The notes below the pieces were generated by a model. The model was not told the DNA's origin, ran no database searches, and saw only the letters and a program-made list of their open reading frames with translations. From Candidatus Tetragenococcus pullicola (GTDB taxonomy: Bacteria; Bacillota; Bacilli; Lactobacillales; Enterococcaceae), in the NCBI GenBank assembly GCA_019115705.1, contig DXDB01000177.1, positions 3,051 through 67,050 on the forward strand: DNA of 64,000 nucleotides. The letters are read 5' to 3'. Made by a program: the position numbers and the translations under genes. Within the stretch, counting starts at the first letter, position 1. The number at the start of each line of letters is the position of its first letter. This document shows positions 39,680-48,554 of the stretch, one piece after another.

Positions 39680-40919
39680 TTTAGAAAAAATGGGCCAAGA
39701 CGCCAAAGATTGCGCCTATGAGCTGAGCCTTATAGAGACGAGACGAAAAAACGAGCTCTTGGAAAAAATGGCCGCTGCTTTGGTCACACGGACCGATGAA
39801 ATTTTAGCGGCTAACGAGCTTGATTTAGCAGCAGCCACTGACAACGGCGTGGCTGAAGTCATGAAAGACCGGCTGTTATTAACAACTGAACGGATCCAGG
39901 CGATGGCAGATGGCATGCGTAAGATTGCTCAATTACCTGATCCAATCGGACAAGTCGAAAAAATGTGGAAAAATGCAGATGGACTGTTGATTGGTCGCCA
40001 GAAAGTGCCACTTGGTGTGATCGGCATCATTTACGAATCACGTCCTAATGTTACCACTGATGCAGCCAGTCTTTGCTTTAAAGCCGGTAATGCAGTTATC
40101 TTACGGGGTGGTAAAGAAGCCTTTTTATCCAACCAAGTCTTGGTGACAATTTTGCAAGAAACCTTGGTCGAAAGTGGTTTTTCTCCTTACGCCATCCAAT
40201 TTATCGACGACACCAGTCATGAGGTAGCTGAAAAATTCATGCAACTGACTGATTTTCTTGACGTACTGATTCCACGTGGCGGGGCCAATTTAATCCAACG
40301 CGTAAAGACAACGGCTACTGTGCCTGTGATCGAAACAGGTACTGGTAATAATCATGTCTATGTTGATAAAGATGCGACCTTAGCTATGGCTAAAAAAATT
40401 ATAATCAATGCCAAAACCCAACGTCCTTCAGTCTGTAATGCCATCGAAACTGTATTGATCCATAAAGAAGTCGCGGCCTTTTTCTTGCCTGAACTTGAAA
40501 AATCTTTACTTGAAGCTGGCGTTGAAATTCATGCTGATGAACTTGCTTGTGACTACATGCCTAGTGCTCAATTGGCTAACCAAGAGGACTGGAAAACAGA
40601 ATTTTTAGATTATATTTTAGCTATCAAAGTGGTCGATAGTTTAGAAGAAGCCATCGCCCACATTAACCGCTACGGTACCAAACACTCAGAAGCGATTATT
40701 ACTGAAAATTATTCAGCCTCACAAAAATTCTTAAAAGAAGTCGATGCATCCGCAGTCTATGTTAACGCCTCAACACGCTTCACAGATGGTTTTGTCTTTG
40801 GTTTTGGTGCAGAAATTGGCATTTCGACCCAAAAATTGCACGCTCGTGGACCTATGGGTTTAGATGCTTTGACTTCGACAAAATATATTATATACGGTGA
40901 AGGACAAATACGTAATTAA
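39672..40919 (+). CDS. proA: gamma-glutamyl phosphate reductase
   Basis: ALDH-type fold with the catalytic-Cys context QRPSVCNAIETVLIH. Its ATG overlaps the proB end. Confidence 0.95.
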   Translation: MTDLEKMGQDAKDCAYELSLIETRRKNELLEKMAAALVTRTDEILAANELDLAAATDNGVAEVMKDRLLLTTERIQAMADGMRKIAQLPDPIGQVEKMWKNADGLLIGRQKVPLGVIGIIYESRPNVTTDAASLCFKAGNAVILRGGKEAFLSNQVLVTILQETLVESGFSPYAIQFIDDTSHEVAEKFMQLTDFLDVLIPRGGANLIQRVKTTATVPVIETGTGNNHVYVDKDATLAMAKKIIINAKTQRPSVCNAIETVLIHKEVAAFFLPELEKSLLEAGVEIHADELACDYMPSAQLANQEDWKTEFLDYILAIKVVDSLEEAIAHINRYGTKHSEAIITENYSASQKFLKEVDASAVYVNASTRFTDGFVFGFGAEIGISTQKLHARGPMGLDALTSTKYIIYGEGQIRN

Positions 40920-40922
40920 CTG

Positions 40923-40960
40923 AAAAAGACGATTTTATTTAAAGTAAAGTCGTCTTTTTT
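40923..40960. terminator. bidirectional intrinsic terminator
   Basis: AAAAAGACGA, 17 nt, TCGTCTTTTTT. It overlaps the stop codon of the convergent pentapeptide gene. Confidence 0.75.
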
Positions 40961-41594
40961 AGTCACTAATCACAATTCCTAATCCCATGGCAATAACCAA
41001 AACTTGTTCTTGATTAACGATTAAACCAGGCAAATTTTCTTGAGAAAGAGCAATACGATCAAATATATTCGTAGAAAAATCAAGGCCCTTAAGTTTCACG
41101 TGAAACCAATTAGAACCAGTCAGTTGACTATTCGTGAGCCTTGTATGTTGCCAATTCATTTCGAAAAACTCTGCCTCATTTAACTGACAATGGTCAAAAG
41201 TGACCACTTTTAAAGTAGCATTACTAAAAGATGAAAAATCGGCCAGACAATCCTCAAAAACACAATCGCGCAAATGGCTCTCGGCAAAGTTAGCACCTGT
41301 CAACTTACACCCACGAAAAATAACTCGCCAAAACGAGGCACCAATCCAAACAACATTTGACAGATCACAATTTTCAAAGATCACATTGGTACAATCAAAG
41401 CGGGGTAAATGGGTGTTTTGCAAGTGAATATTTTTAAGCATACAACCCTGTAACGCCATATTTTCTGCCGTTTGGTAACTCTGATCATCGCCAGTAAAAG
41501 TAAAGCCTGAAAAAATTTCTTCATCTTCTAAATAGAAATCCGCCGCTTCCAAAAGAGGTAAGTCTGGAGCTGCCGGGATTTTGCTTTTTTTCAA
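40959..41594 (-). CDS. Qnr-like pentapeptide repeat protein
   Basis: 211 aa of tandem A(D/N)LXX-type pentapeptides (NVIFENCDLSNVVWIGASFWRVIFRGCKLTGANFAESHLRDCVFEDC...). Size and organisation resemble chromosomal Qnr-type proteins of enterococci. Confidence 0.75.
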   Translation of the reverse strand: MKKSKIPAAPDLPLLEAADFYLEDEEIFSGFTFTGDDQSYQTAENMALQGCMLKNIHLQNTHLPRFDCTNVIFENCDLSNVVWIGASFWRVIFRGCKLTGANFAESHLRDCVFEDCLADFSSFSNATLKVVTFDHCQLNEAEFFEMNWQHTRLTNSQLTGSNWFHVKLKGLDFSTNIFDRIALSQENLPGLIVNQEQVLVIAMGLGIVISD

Positions 41595-41851
41595 TGGAAT
41601 CCACTCCTTTTTAGATAGTATAGCATGGTAGCAAAAGTGAAAATACTCATGATTCTACTCCTGACTTTTATGAGAAAAAATTCTATTTCTTTTGTGGCAT
41701 TTGTTACTTGCAGGGCAAGAATTCTTTTTTTGCCAAATTATCAATTTTGGTGACTTTCTCGCATTCCGCAAATTTCCATCTTAAGGCGGATGTTTTTTTG
41801 CAAAAAATTTGCTATTCTTAGAGTATGAAAAAAGGGCGGAGGTACAAAAAA

Positions 41852-42043
41852 ATGAACAATAACTCAACATTTATCACCATTATAAAAATCATCGTTGGAC
41901 TCGTCTTAGCAAGCTTGGCAATCAAAGTTTTGTTTGCTATATTCAGCGGCCTGTTCTGGGTTGCTTTCCGCTATGGAATTCCCTTGCTTTTAGCAATCGG
42001 TATTGTCTACCTAGTCAGTCCCAAAAACAATCAACGACGCTAA
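41852..42043 (+). CDS. hypothetical small membrane protein (63 aa, 2 TM helices)
   Basis: GGAGGT SD precedes ATG 41852, there are two hydrophobic helices, and a terminator follows. Confidence 0.5.
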   Translation: MNNNSTFITIIKIIVGLVLASLAIKVLFAIFSGLFWVAFRYGIPLLLAIGIVYLVSPKNNQRR

Positions 42044-42048
42044 CAATA

Positions 42049-42088
42049 ACAAAGCCAAGCAGTCAATAAGCTGCTTGGCTTTGTTTTA
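42049..42088 (+). terminator. intrinsic terminator
   Basis: AAAGCCAAGCAG, 7-8 nt, CTGCTTGGCTTT plus GTTTTATTTT. Confidence 0.8.
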
Positions 42089-42209
42089 TTTTGGTCAATT
42101 CGTGAACCAAGTGTTATAACTATTATTTTTTCTTTAAAACTCTTAAAATTTATGTCACACCAGTTCTTTTATGTTATCCTTTTCTAAACTTTTTCAAGGG
42201 AGAACTTCC

Positions 42210-42809
42210 ATGCTAAATATTCAACTTACTGGCGACAGCATCCTGACACGCTTTGAAGGAAATGAAGACGAACCGATGATAAATAAATGCTTAAAAAATA
42301 AACTTGGCCCGGCTGTTCGTCTCACAAACACGGCCATTTCTGGAAACAATACCTTTGATATGCTTACACGAATAGAAAAAGACATTTTGTCGGTGCCAAC
42401 GAGCAATTTAATCTTTATTTTGATTGGTACGAATGATTTAGCGTTACACAAGCAAGTAAGCTTGTCACAATTTAAAGAAAATCTTAGACAAATCATTGAA
42501 AAACTTCTGACAAAATATCCTGCCCATCATATTTTCCTAATTAGTCCGCCTCCTGTCGATGAATCCAAACAAAAATATCGCAAGAATGTCTTAATCTTTG
42601 AATATGTCTCTATCATGAAGGAAGTGGCTGAAAATTTTTCTTGCTATTTTATTGATTTGTATCAAACTTTTTTTGAAATTGGACATTTACCTACACTTAT
42701 GAAAGGTATTCGAGATGACGGCCTACATTTTGGAATAATCGGTTACCAAATTTTAGCTGAGCAAATTGTTGCAGCTTTAAACGAAGAAAAATTTTTGAAC
42801 CCCCTCTAA
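42210..42809 (+). CDS. SGNH/GDSL-family hydrolase
   Basis: Block I LTGDSIL, block III GTNDL and block V DGLH. Start at ATG 42210. Confidence 0.8.
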   Translation: MLNIQLTGDSILTRFEGNEDEPMINKCLKNKLGPAVRLTNTAISGNNTFDMLTRIEKDILSVPTSNLIFILIGTNDLALHKQVSLSQFKENLRQIIEKLLTKYPAHHIFLISPPPVDESKQKYRKNVLIFEYVSIMKEVAENFSCYFIDLYQTFFEIGHLPTLMKGIRDDGLHFGIIGYQILAEQIVAALNEEKFLNPL

Positions 42810-42845
42810 AAATAAGAGTATCTTTTCTTCACAGCTAGAAAAAGT

Positions 42846-42885
42846 AAAAAAGCAAAAATCGTATGCTGACTTTTTGCTTTTTTTG
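42846..42885. terminator. bidirectional intrinsic terminator
   Basis: AAAAAAGCAAAAA, 12 nt, TTTTTGCTTTTTT. Confidence 0.7.
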
Positions 42886-42891
42886 ATACTT

Positions 42892-43539
42892 TCATTGCTG
42901 GCCGTTTCTAATTAATTCAGCTTGAATCAATTGAAAGGCCTGTTGCCATTCTGCTTCTTTTGTCACATCATATTTCTGTGCATCGATTCTCAGTTTTGGA
43001 CCATAATTATATTGATCAAACCAACTTCCGTAGGCTTGATGGAGCTGTTTATAATAACTAATCAAATCATTTTTTTCATTAGGTTGTTCGAAAGTTCGAC
43101 CACGTTTGGCAATATTTTGTAAGATATGGTCAAAATCAGCATCTAGATAGATTAGCAAATCAGGTGCTTTTTTTGGTAAATTGTCAATTTCTTCCATCAT
43201 ATTATCCAACAATTCAAGATAAAGTTGATATTCTTCCTGGCTGATATTGCCATTATCAACATTAATTTTAGTAAACAAAGCATCTTCATAAATGGAACGA
43301 TCCAAGACATTGTTTTGATTAGAAAACGACTCTTTGATACTCTTAAACCGTTTATTTAAAAAATAAATTTGTAAGGCAAACCCATATTTTTCTGGATTTT
43401 CATAATATTTTGTCAAGATAGGATTATCATCAACCGCTTCGAAAAAAGGTTGTGTATGTAAAGACTCAGCTATTCTTGTAGTATATGTCGTTTTTCCTAC
43501 TCCTATCATTCCGGCTAGTACGATCACGATTGCCATCAA
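42892..43539 (-). CDS. deoxynucleoside kinase (dAK/dGK/dCK family)
   Basis: P-loop AGMIGVGKTT, plus DRSIYED and RGR motifs. The exact start (TTG 43539 or ATG 43536) is uncertain. Confidence 0.85.
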   Translation of the reverse strand: MMAIVIVLAGMIGVGKTTYTTRIAESLHTQPFFEAVDDNPILTKYYENPEKYGFALQIYFLNKRFKSIKESFSNQNNVLDRSIYEDALFTKINVDNGNISQEEYQLYLELLDNMMEEIDNLPKKAPDLLIYLDADFDHILQNIAKRGRTFEQPNEKNDLISYYKQLHQAYGSWFDQYNYGPKLRIDAQKYDVTKEAEWQQAFQLIQAELIRNGQQ

Positions 43540-43560
43540 CTCCCTTGTTTTATTAAGAAA

Positions 43561-43607
43561 ACTCTATATATAGTATTTGACTAAAAATTAAATACTATAT
43601 ATAGTAA
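43561..43607. promoter_or_regulatory. tandem NrdR boxes
   Basis: ACTCTATATATAGTAT (14/16) and ATACTATATATAGTAA (13/16) versus acaCwAtATaTwGtgt. Centre-to-centre spacing is 31 bp, and the boxes lie 22-68 nt upstream of the kinase start. Confidence 0.55.
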
Positions 43608-43697
43608 GTCAACGAACTAAATTTTACTACAAAAAAAGAGCAAGGTAAAGAGAAAAAAAGTTAGATGCGATAAATTACATATCTAATATTTTTGTTT

Positions 43698-44231
43698 TTA
43701 TCCTAAGGCAACGTCCAAAATCATCATAATCACAAATCCTGCCATCGTCTTAAACACGCCAAAGTGACGATCAGAAGATAACTGAACTTCTGGAATCAAT
43801 TCTTCGACAACCACATCTATCATCACCCCTGCTGCAAAAGCTAAGACGTATGGTAACAAAATAGTCATACGCGTCACTAAAATAGCTCCAATAACACCAG
43901 CAATGGGTTCCACAATATCAGAAGCTTGCCCATAAAAGAAAGCTTTTTTCTGACTAAGCCCTTCTTGTTGTAAAGGAATCGAAACAACGGCTCCTTCTGG
44001 AAAATCTTGAATGCCAATTCCGATAGCTCTTGATAAAACAGCTAACATAGTCACTCGTAGATCGTTGCTATGACAAGCAGCACCAAAAGAGCCGCCAAAA
44101 TCAATACCAATACTCACGGCTAGCCAAGCAACAGCACCTTTTTCAGGGACCCGTTCAATCGCCGGGCCTACCAAAGACCAGAAACTAGCGCTACATGGGC
44201 TAAGACTTACCAACCAATCAACCATAACCAT
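43698..44231 (-). pseudogene. ZIP (ZupT/GufA-type) metal transporter lacking its N-terminal ~90 aa, with a degenerate first metal motif
   Basis: IGIQDFPEGAVVSIPL and the C-terminal helices are conserved, but the expected upstream HNFPEG motif reads IDFGGSFG. Only 114 bp remain before the divergent gene. Confidence 0.5.
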
Positions 44232-44345
44232 TTCTTCATTTTTCTTTTTGCTTGCCTTTCTTGCTCTTTTCCTTGTAACTTCTAACTTTCCCCGTTATAA
44301 TGCTAAGAGGTCCAATGACAAATACTATTAAAGTGAGGATAAAAA

Positions 44346-45968
44346 TTGATTACTGTAACAGATGTAAGTTTACATTTTTCCGATAGAAAATTATTTGATG
44401 ACGTAAATATCAAGTTTACCCCAGGCAATTGCTATGGATTGATTGGTGCAAATGGTGCTGGAAAATCTACTTTTTTAAAAATACTCGCTGGAGAAATCGA
44501 ACCAGCCACAGGATCAGTTACTTTAGGTCCTAATGAACGGTTAGCTGTGTTAAAGCAAAATCACTATGACTATGAAGATCAAACCGTAATCGACACCGTA
44601 ATCATGGGACATAAACGCTTATACGAAGTTATGAAAGAAAAAGATGCCATTTATATGAAAGCTGACTTTAATGATGAAGATGGCATTCGTGCAGCTGAAT
44701 TAGAAGGTGAATTCGCTGAACTTGATGGTTGGGAAGCCGAACCAGAAGCGGCCGTATTACTCCAAGGGTTAAACATTGCTGATGACCTTCACCATCAAAA
44801 AATGAGCGATCTAACTGCCGGACAAAAAGTCAAGGTCTTACTAGCCCAAGCACTGTTTGGAAAGCCTGACGTTTTACTTCTTGATGAACCGACAAATGGC
44901 TTAGACATCGCATCAATCAACTGGTTAGAAGAATTTTTGATTGATTTTGAAAATACAGTCATCGTCGTTTCCCATGACCGTCATTTCTTAAATAAAGTCT
45001 GTACGCATATGGCTGACTTAGATTTTGGGAAAATAAAACTCTATGTTGGAAACTATGATTTTTGGTTGGAATCCAGTCAATTAGCAACAAAATTACAAGC
45101 CCAAGCCAATGCCAAAAAAGAAGAACAAATCAAAGAATTAGAAGCCTTTATTGCCCGATTTAGTGCCAATGCTTCCAAATCCAAACAAGCCACTTCACGA
45201 AAGAAATTGTTGGATAAAATCACACTTGATGACATTCAACCTTCTTCTCGTCGTTATCCTTTTGTTGGTTTTTCACCTGCCAGAGAAATTGGTAATGATT
45301 TATTACAAGTAGAAAATGTTAGCATGACACTTGATGGTAAAAAGATCTTAGATGATGTTTCCTTTACTTTGAAAAAAGATGATAAGGTCGCCTTTTTAGC
45401 CAAAAACGACATCGCTACGACTACCTTATTTAAAATTATCATGGGTGAATTGATCCCTGACTCTGGTTCCGTACGTTGGGGCGTGACCACAACGCATGCC
45501 TATCTGCCTCAAGATACCACTGACGAATTTTCTAGTAGCCTGTCGATTTTGGATTGGTTACGTCAGTATGCCTCAAAAGAAGAAGACGATGATACTTTCT
45601 TACGCAGTTTCTTAGGAAGAATGCTCTTTTCTGGTGAAGAAGTCAAAAAATCGGTGAATGTGTTATCCGGTGGTGAAAAAGTTCGTTGTATGTTATCAAA
45701 AATTATGCTATCAAAAGCAAATGTCTTGGTTTTAGACGATCCTACCAATCATCTAGACCTTGAATCCATCACTGCCTTAAATGATGGACTAATTGCTTAT
45801 AAGGGATCGCTTTTATTTACCTCTCATGATCACCAATTCATTCAAACAATCGCGAACCGCATCATCGTCGTTTCAGCCAATGGCGTTGTGGATCGTGCCG
45901 AAACAAGTTATGATGAATTTTTAGAAAATGAGACACTTCAACAACAAGTTGAAAAGCTCTACCACTAA
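44346..45968 (+). CDS. ABC-F family ATPase (two NBDs, no TMD; translation-factor type)
   Basis: Two Walker A motifs (GANGAGKST; second degenerate), two LSGG(Q/E)K signatures and an inter-domain linker. TTG start with a GAGGA SD. Confidence 0.9.
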   Translation: MITVTDVSLHFSDRKLFDDVNIKFTPGNCYGLIGANGAGKSTFLKILAGEIEPATGSVTLGPNERLAVLKQNHYDYEDQTVIDTVIMGHKRLYEVMKEKDAIYMKADFNDEDGIRAAELEGEFAELDGWEAEPEAAVLLQGLNIADDLHHQKMSDLTAGQKVKVLLAQALFGKPDVLLLDEPTNGLDIASINWLEEFLIDFENTVIVVSHDRHFLNKVCTHMADLDFGKIKLYVGNYDFWLESSQLATKLQAQANAKKEEQIKELEAFIARFSANASKSKQATSRKKLLDKITLDDIQPSSRRYPFVGFSPAREIGNDLLQVENVSMTLDGKKILDDVSFTLKKDDKVAFLAKNDIATTTLFKIIMGELIPDSGSVRWGVTTTHAYLPQDTTDEFSSSLSILDWLRQYASKEEDDDTFLRSFLGRMLFSGEEVKKSVNVLSGGEKVRCMLSKIMLSKANVLVLDDPTNHLDLESITALNDGLIAYKGSLLFTSHDHQFIQTIANRIIVVSANGVVDRAETSYDEFLENETLQQQVEKLYH

Positions 45969-46009
45969 AAAGAAGTTAGAAAGAGAGTTTTCTCTTTCTA
46001 ACTTCTTTT
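45967..46009. terminator. bidirectional intrinsic terminator
   Basis: AAAAGAAGTTAGAAAGAGA, GTTT, TCTCTTTCTAACTTCTTTT. Confidence 0.85.
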
Positions 46010-46013
46010 ATAA

Positions 46014-46880
46014 TTATCGTTCCTTTTTACCCATTGAAAATAAAGCAATACAGCCATAACCTGTATGACTGGCAATGGTTGGTCCTAAAGAATAAGTATA
46101 CACTGGTGTTTTTGGATAAGTCTTTTTAAAATGGTCGACAATTGTTTCTACAACCTCATCATCGCCGCTATGGGCAATATAAAAACAATTGCTAATACTT
46201 AAATCTAACTCTTTCTGAGTTTCTTCAATAATTTTTTGAATTGATTTTTTACGACCACGAATTTTATCAACATTTTGCAAAGAACCTGGTCTATCCACAG
46301 TAATAATTGGTTTGATACTCAACAAACCTCCAACTGTTGCCGAAGTTTTAGAAATCCGACCACCATGAACCAATTGCTTTAAATCATTGACTGTTACCCA
46401 AGAACGTAAATGCATCTTATATTGAGTCATCCAAGCAATGATTTCTTCCATTGACTTTCCCTCATCACGTAAGCGAACTGCTTCCATCACTAACATTCCT
46501 TGTCCTAAACTAGCCGCCTTAGTATCTAAACTTACCAAGGTTGCGTCAGGAAATTCTTCTTTAAGAATCTCTACAGCTTGTAAAGAACTACTATAAGACC
46601 CGCTCATGCCCGAGGTAAATCCTAGGTAAAGCACAGGTATCTTTTTTTCTAAATAGGATCGAAAAAATTCTATAAATCGACCTACATTAATTTGCGTCGT
46701 TTTTGGTTCCGCATTTTCTTTGAGTTTATCTAAAAACCAGTCATAATCAAATGATTTTCCAGAATCGTCACTATATTCTTTTCCCTCCAACTCAAGAATC
46801 ATTGGAATACAATCGACATTGGCCTTTTCCATAACTTCAGCTGGTAAATCACAACATGCATCCGTAACAATTTGAAACAT
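46014..46880 (-). CDS. degV: DegV-family fatty-acid-binding protein
   Basis: MFQIVTDACCDLP N-terminus, 288 aa, typical DegV length and pattern. Confidence 0.9.
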   Translation of the reverse strand: MFQIVTDACCDLPAEVMEKANVDCIPMILELEGKEYSDDSGKSFDYDWFLDKLKENAEPKTTQINVGRFIEFFRSYLEKKIPVLYLGFTSGMSGSYSSSLQAVEILKEEFPDATLVSLDTKAASLGQGMLVMEAVRLRDEGKSMEEIIAWMTQYKMHLRSWVTVNDLKQLVHGGRISKTSATVGGLLSIKPIITVDRPGSLQNVDKIRGRKKSIQKIIEETQKELDLSISNCFYIAHSGDDEVVETIVDHFKKTYPKTPVYTYSLGPTIASHTGYGCIALFSMGKKER

Positions 46881-46954
46881 TGTGTTGGCCTCCTATATAC
46901 ACTTTTCTCTATTATACAATAATAAGTGTTGATCTTACAACACAGAAAGAAATG

Positions 46955-46990
46955 AACAAAAAAACCTCTCTAACATCGCTAGAGAGGTTA
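46955..46990 (-). terminator. intrinsic terminator after purA
   Basis: CCTCTCTA, 7 nt, TAGAGAGG plus a T-run on the minus strand. Confidence 0.8.
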
Positions 46991-46994
46991 ATTT

Positions 46995-48287
46995 TTAAAT
47001 TTGAGACCATACACTATCTAAAATATTGGTTTGGGTACGGTCAGGTCCCACAGAAAAAGTTGAGATTCTTACACCGACTATTTCAGAAATGCGACGCAAA
47101 TAGTTCAACGCATTTTCTGGAAGTTCGGAAAGTTCTTTACACTTGGTAATATCTTCGGACCAACCCGGTAATTCTTCATAAACTGGTTTGCAACGATTTA
47201 ACTCTTTCAAACTAGCAGGGTAATGATAAATTAATTCTCCATCTAATTCATATGCCGTGCAAATTTTGACGGTTTCAAGACCACTCAATACGTCCAAACA
47301 ATTTAAAGAAAGATTGGTGATGCCAGAGACACGACGGGAATGACGCATTACCACTGAATCGAACCAACCAATTCGACGAGGACGGCCAGTTGTTGTCCCA
47401 TATTCATGACCTGCTTCACGAATCTGATCGCCAATTTCATCAAATAACTCTGTTGGAAACGGACCATCTCCCACACGAGATGTGTAAGCTTTACAAACAC
47501 CGACGACCTTATTGATTTTAGAAGGTCCAACACCACTACCAATTGTTACTCCTCCAGCCACTGGATTCGACGACGTGACAAATGGATAAGTTCCTTGATC
47601 AATATCAAGCATTACACCTTGTGCGCCTTCAAATAAGACTCGTTTACCAGCATCTAAGGCATCGTTTAAAATGACAGAAGTATCGGTCACATATTGTTTG
47701 ATTTGTTGACCATAAGCATAGTATTCTTCAAAAATATCTTCAAAAGCAATCGGTTCTGAATCAAACATCTTGGTAAATTGCCGGTTTTTTTCTTCCAAAT
47801 TGATTTTTAATCGTTCTTCAAAAATATCTTTGTCTAATAAATCAGCAATACGAATCCCAATACGGGCTGCTTTATCCATATAAGCAGGACCTATTCCTTT
47901 AATGGTCGTTCCAATCTTATTTTTTCCTTTCGCATCTTCTTGTAATTGATCAAGTTTGATATGATAAGGTAAAATTACATGAGCACGATCAGAAATACGT
48001 AAATTATCTGTCTTGATATGATGTTCTTTTAAATAGTGTAATTCATTGACCAACGATTTAGGGTTGATCACAACTCCATTTCCGATTACACTTGTTTTTT
48101 CTGGATAGAAAATACCTGATGGAATCAAATGTAATTTATAAGTCACGTCGTCAAATTTGATTGTGTGCCCAGCATTGTCTCCGCCTTGATAACGCGCAAT
48201 CACTTCCGCATTTTCACTCAAAAAATCCGTGATCTTCCCTTTCCCTTCATCGCCCCACTGCGTTCCGACTACTACAACTGATGACAT
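46995..48287 (-). CDS. purA: adenylosuccinate synthetase
   Basis: [18 protein letters not shown]-loop and GIGPAY motif. 430 aa. Confidence 0.97.
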   Translation of the reverse strand: MSSVVVVGTQWGDEGKGKITDFLSENAEVIARYQGGDNAGHTIKFDDVTYKLHLIPSGIFYPEKTSVIGNGVVINPKSLVNELHYLKEHHIKTDNLRISDRAHVILPYHIKLDQLQEDAKGKNKIGTTIKGIGPAYMDKAARIGIRIADLLDKDIFEERLKINLEEKNRQFTKMFDSEPIAFEDIFEEYYAYGQQIKQYVTDTSVILNDALDAGKRVLFEGAQGVMLDIDQGTYPFVTSSNPVAGGVTIGSGVGPSKINKVVGVCKAYTSRVGDGPFPTELFDEIGDQIREAGHEYGTTTGRPRRIGWFDSVVMRHSRRVSGITNLSLNCLDVLSGLETVKICTAYELDGELIYHYPASLKELNRCKPVYEELPGWSEDITKCKELSELPENALNYLRRISEIVGVRISTFSVGPDRTQTNILDSVWSQI

Positions 48288-48376
48288 TAGAAAACCTCTT
48301 TCTTCATGGTTATTTTTGTCTTTTTCTTAAACGCTCCATCATTTATTGTAGCAATTTTAACAAATAAATTCAACAA

Positions 48377-48433
48377 AAAATCGAATATTTAAAAATATAA
48401 AATAATTTTATAGGGTTAAAAACGAACATAAAT
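48377..48433. promoter_or_regulatory. PurBox-like sequences upstream of purA
   Basis: AAAATCGAATATTT and AAAAACGAACATAAAT resemble the PurR box core AAACGAACATT. Arrangement is direct and about 40 bp apart, which differs from the classical inverted pair. Confidence 0.3.
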
Positions 48434-48516
48434 ATATTTTCTTGCTATATCAAAAGCATAAAGCGAATATTAATGAACCTAGTTCAATAAAATAGCTGCT
48501 CTTAGCAAGAAATAAA

Positions 48517-48550
48517 AAAAGGAACGATCCTACTAGGAATCGTTCCTTTT
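48517..48550 (-). terminator. intrinsic terminator after dnaB
   Basis: AAAAGGAACGAT, loop, ATCGTTCCTTTT. Confidence 0.75.
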
Positions 48551-48554
48551 CGTA

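Noticed and set aside
41632-41772. 46-aa hydrophobic ORF (MVAKVKILMILLLTF...) and a small CTTGC-AGG-GCAAG hairpin with a T-run upstream of the 63-aa membrane protein gene.
   Set aside because: There is no SD in front of the ATG, and the hairpin stem is only 5 bp. That is insufficient to call a gene or sRNA.
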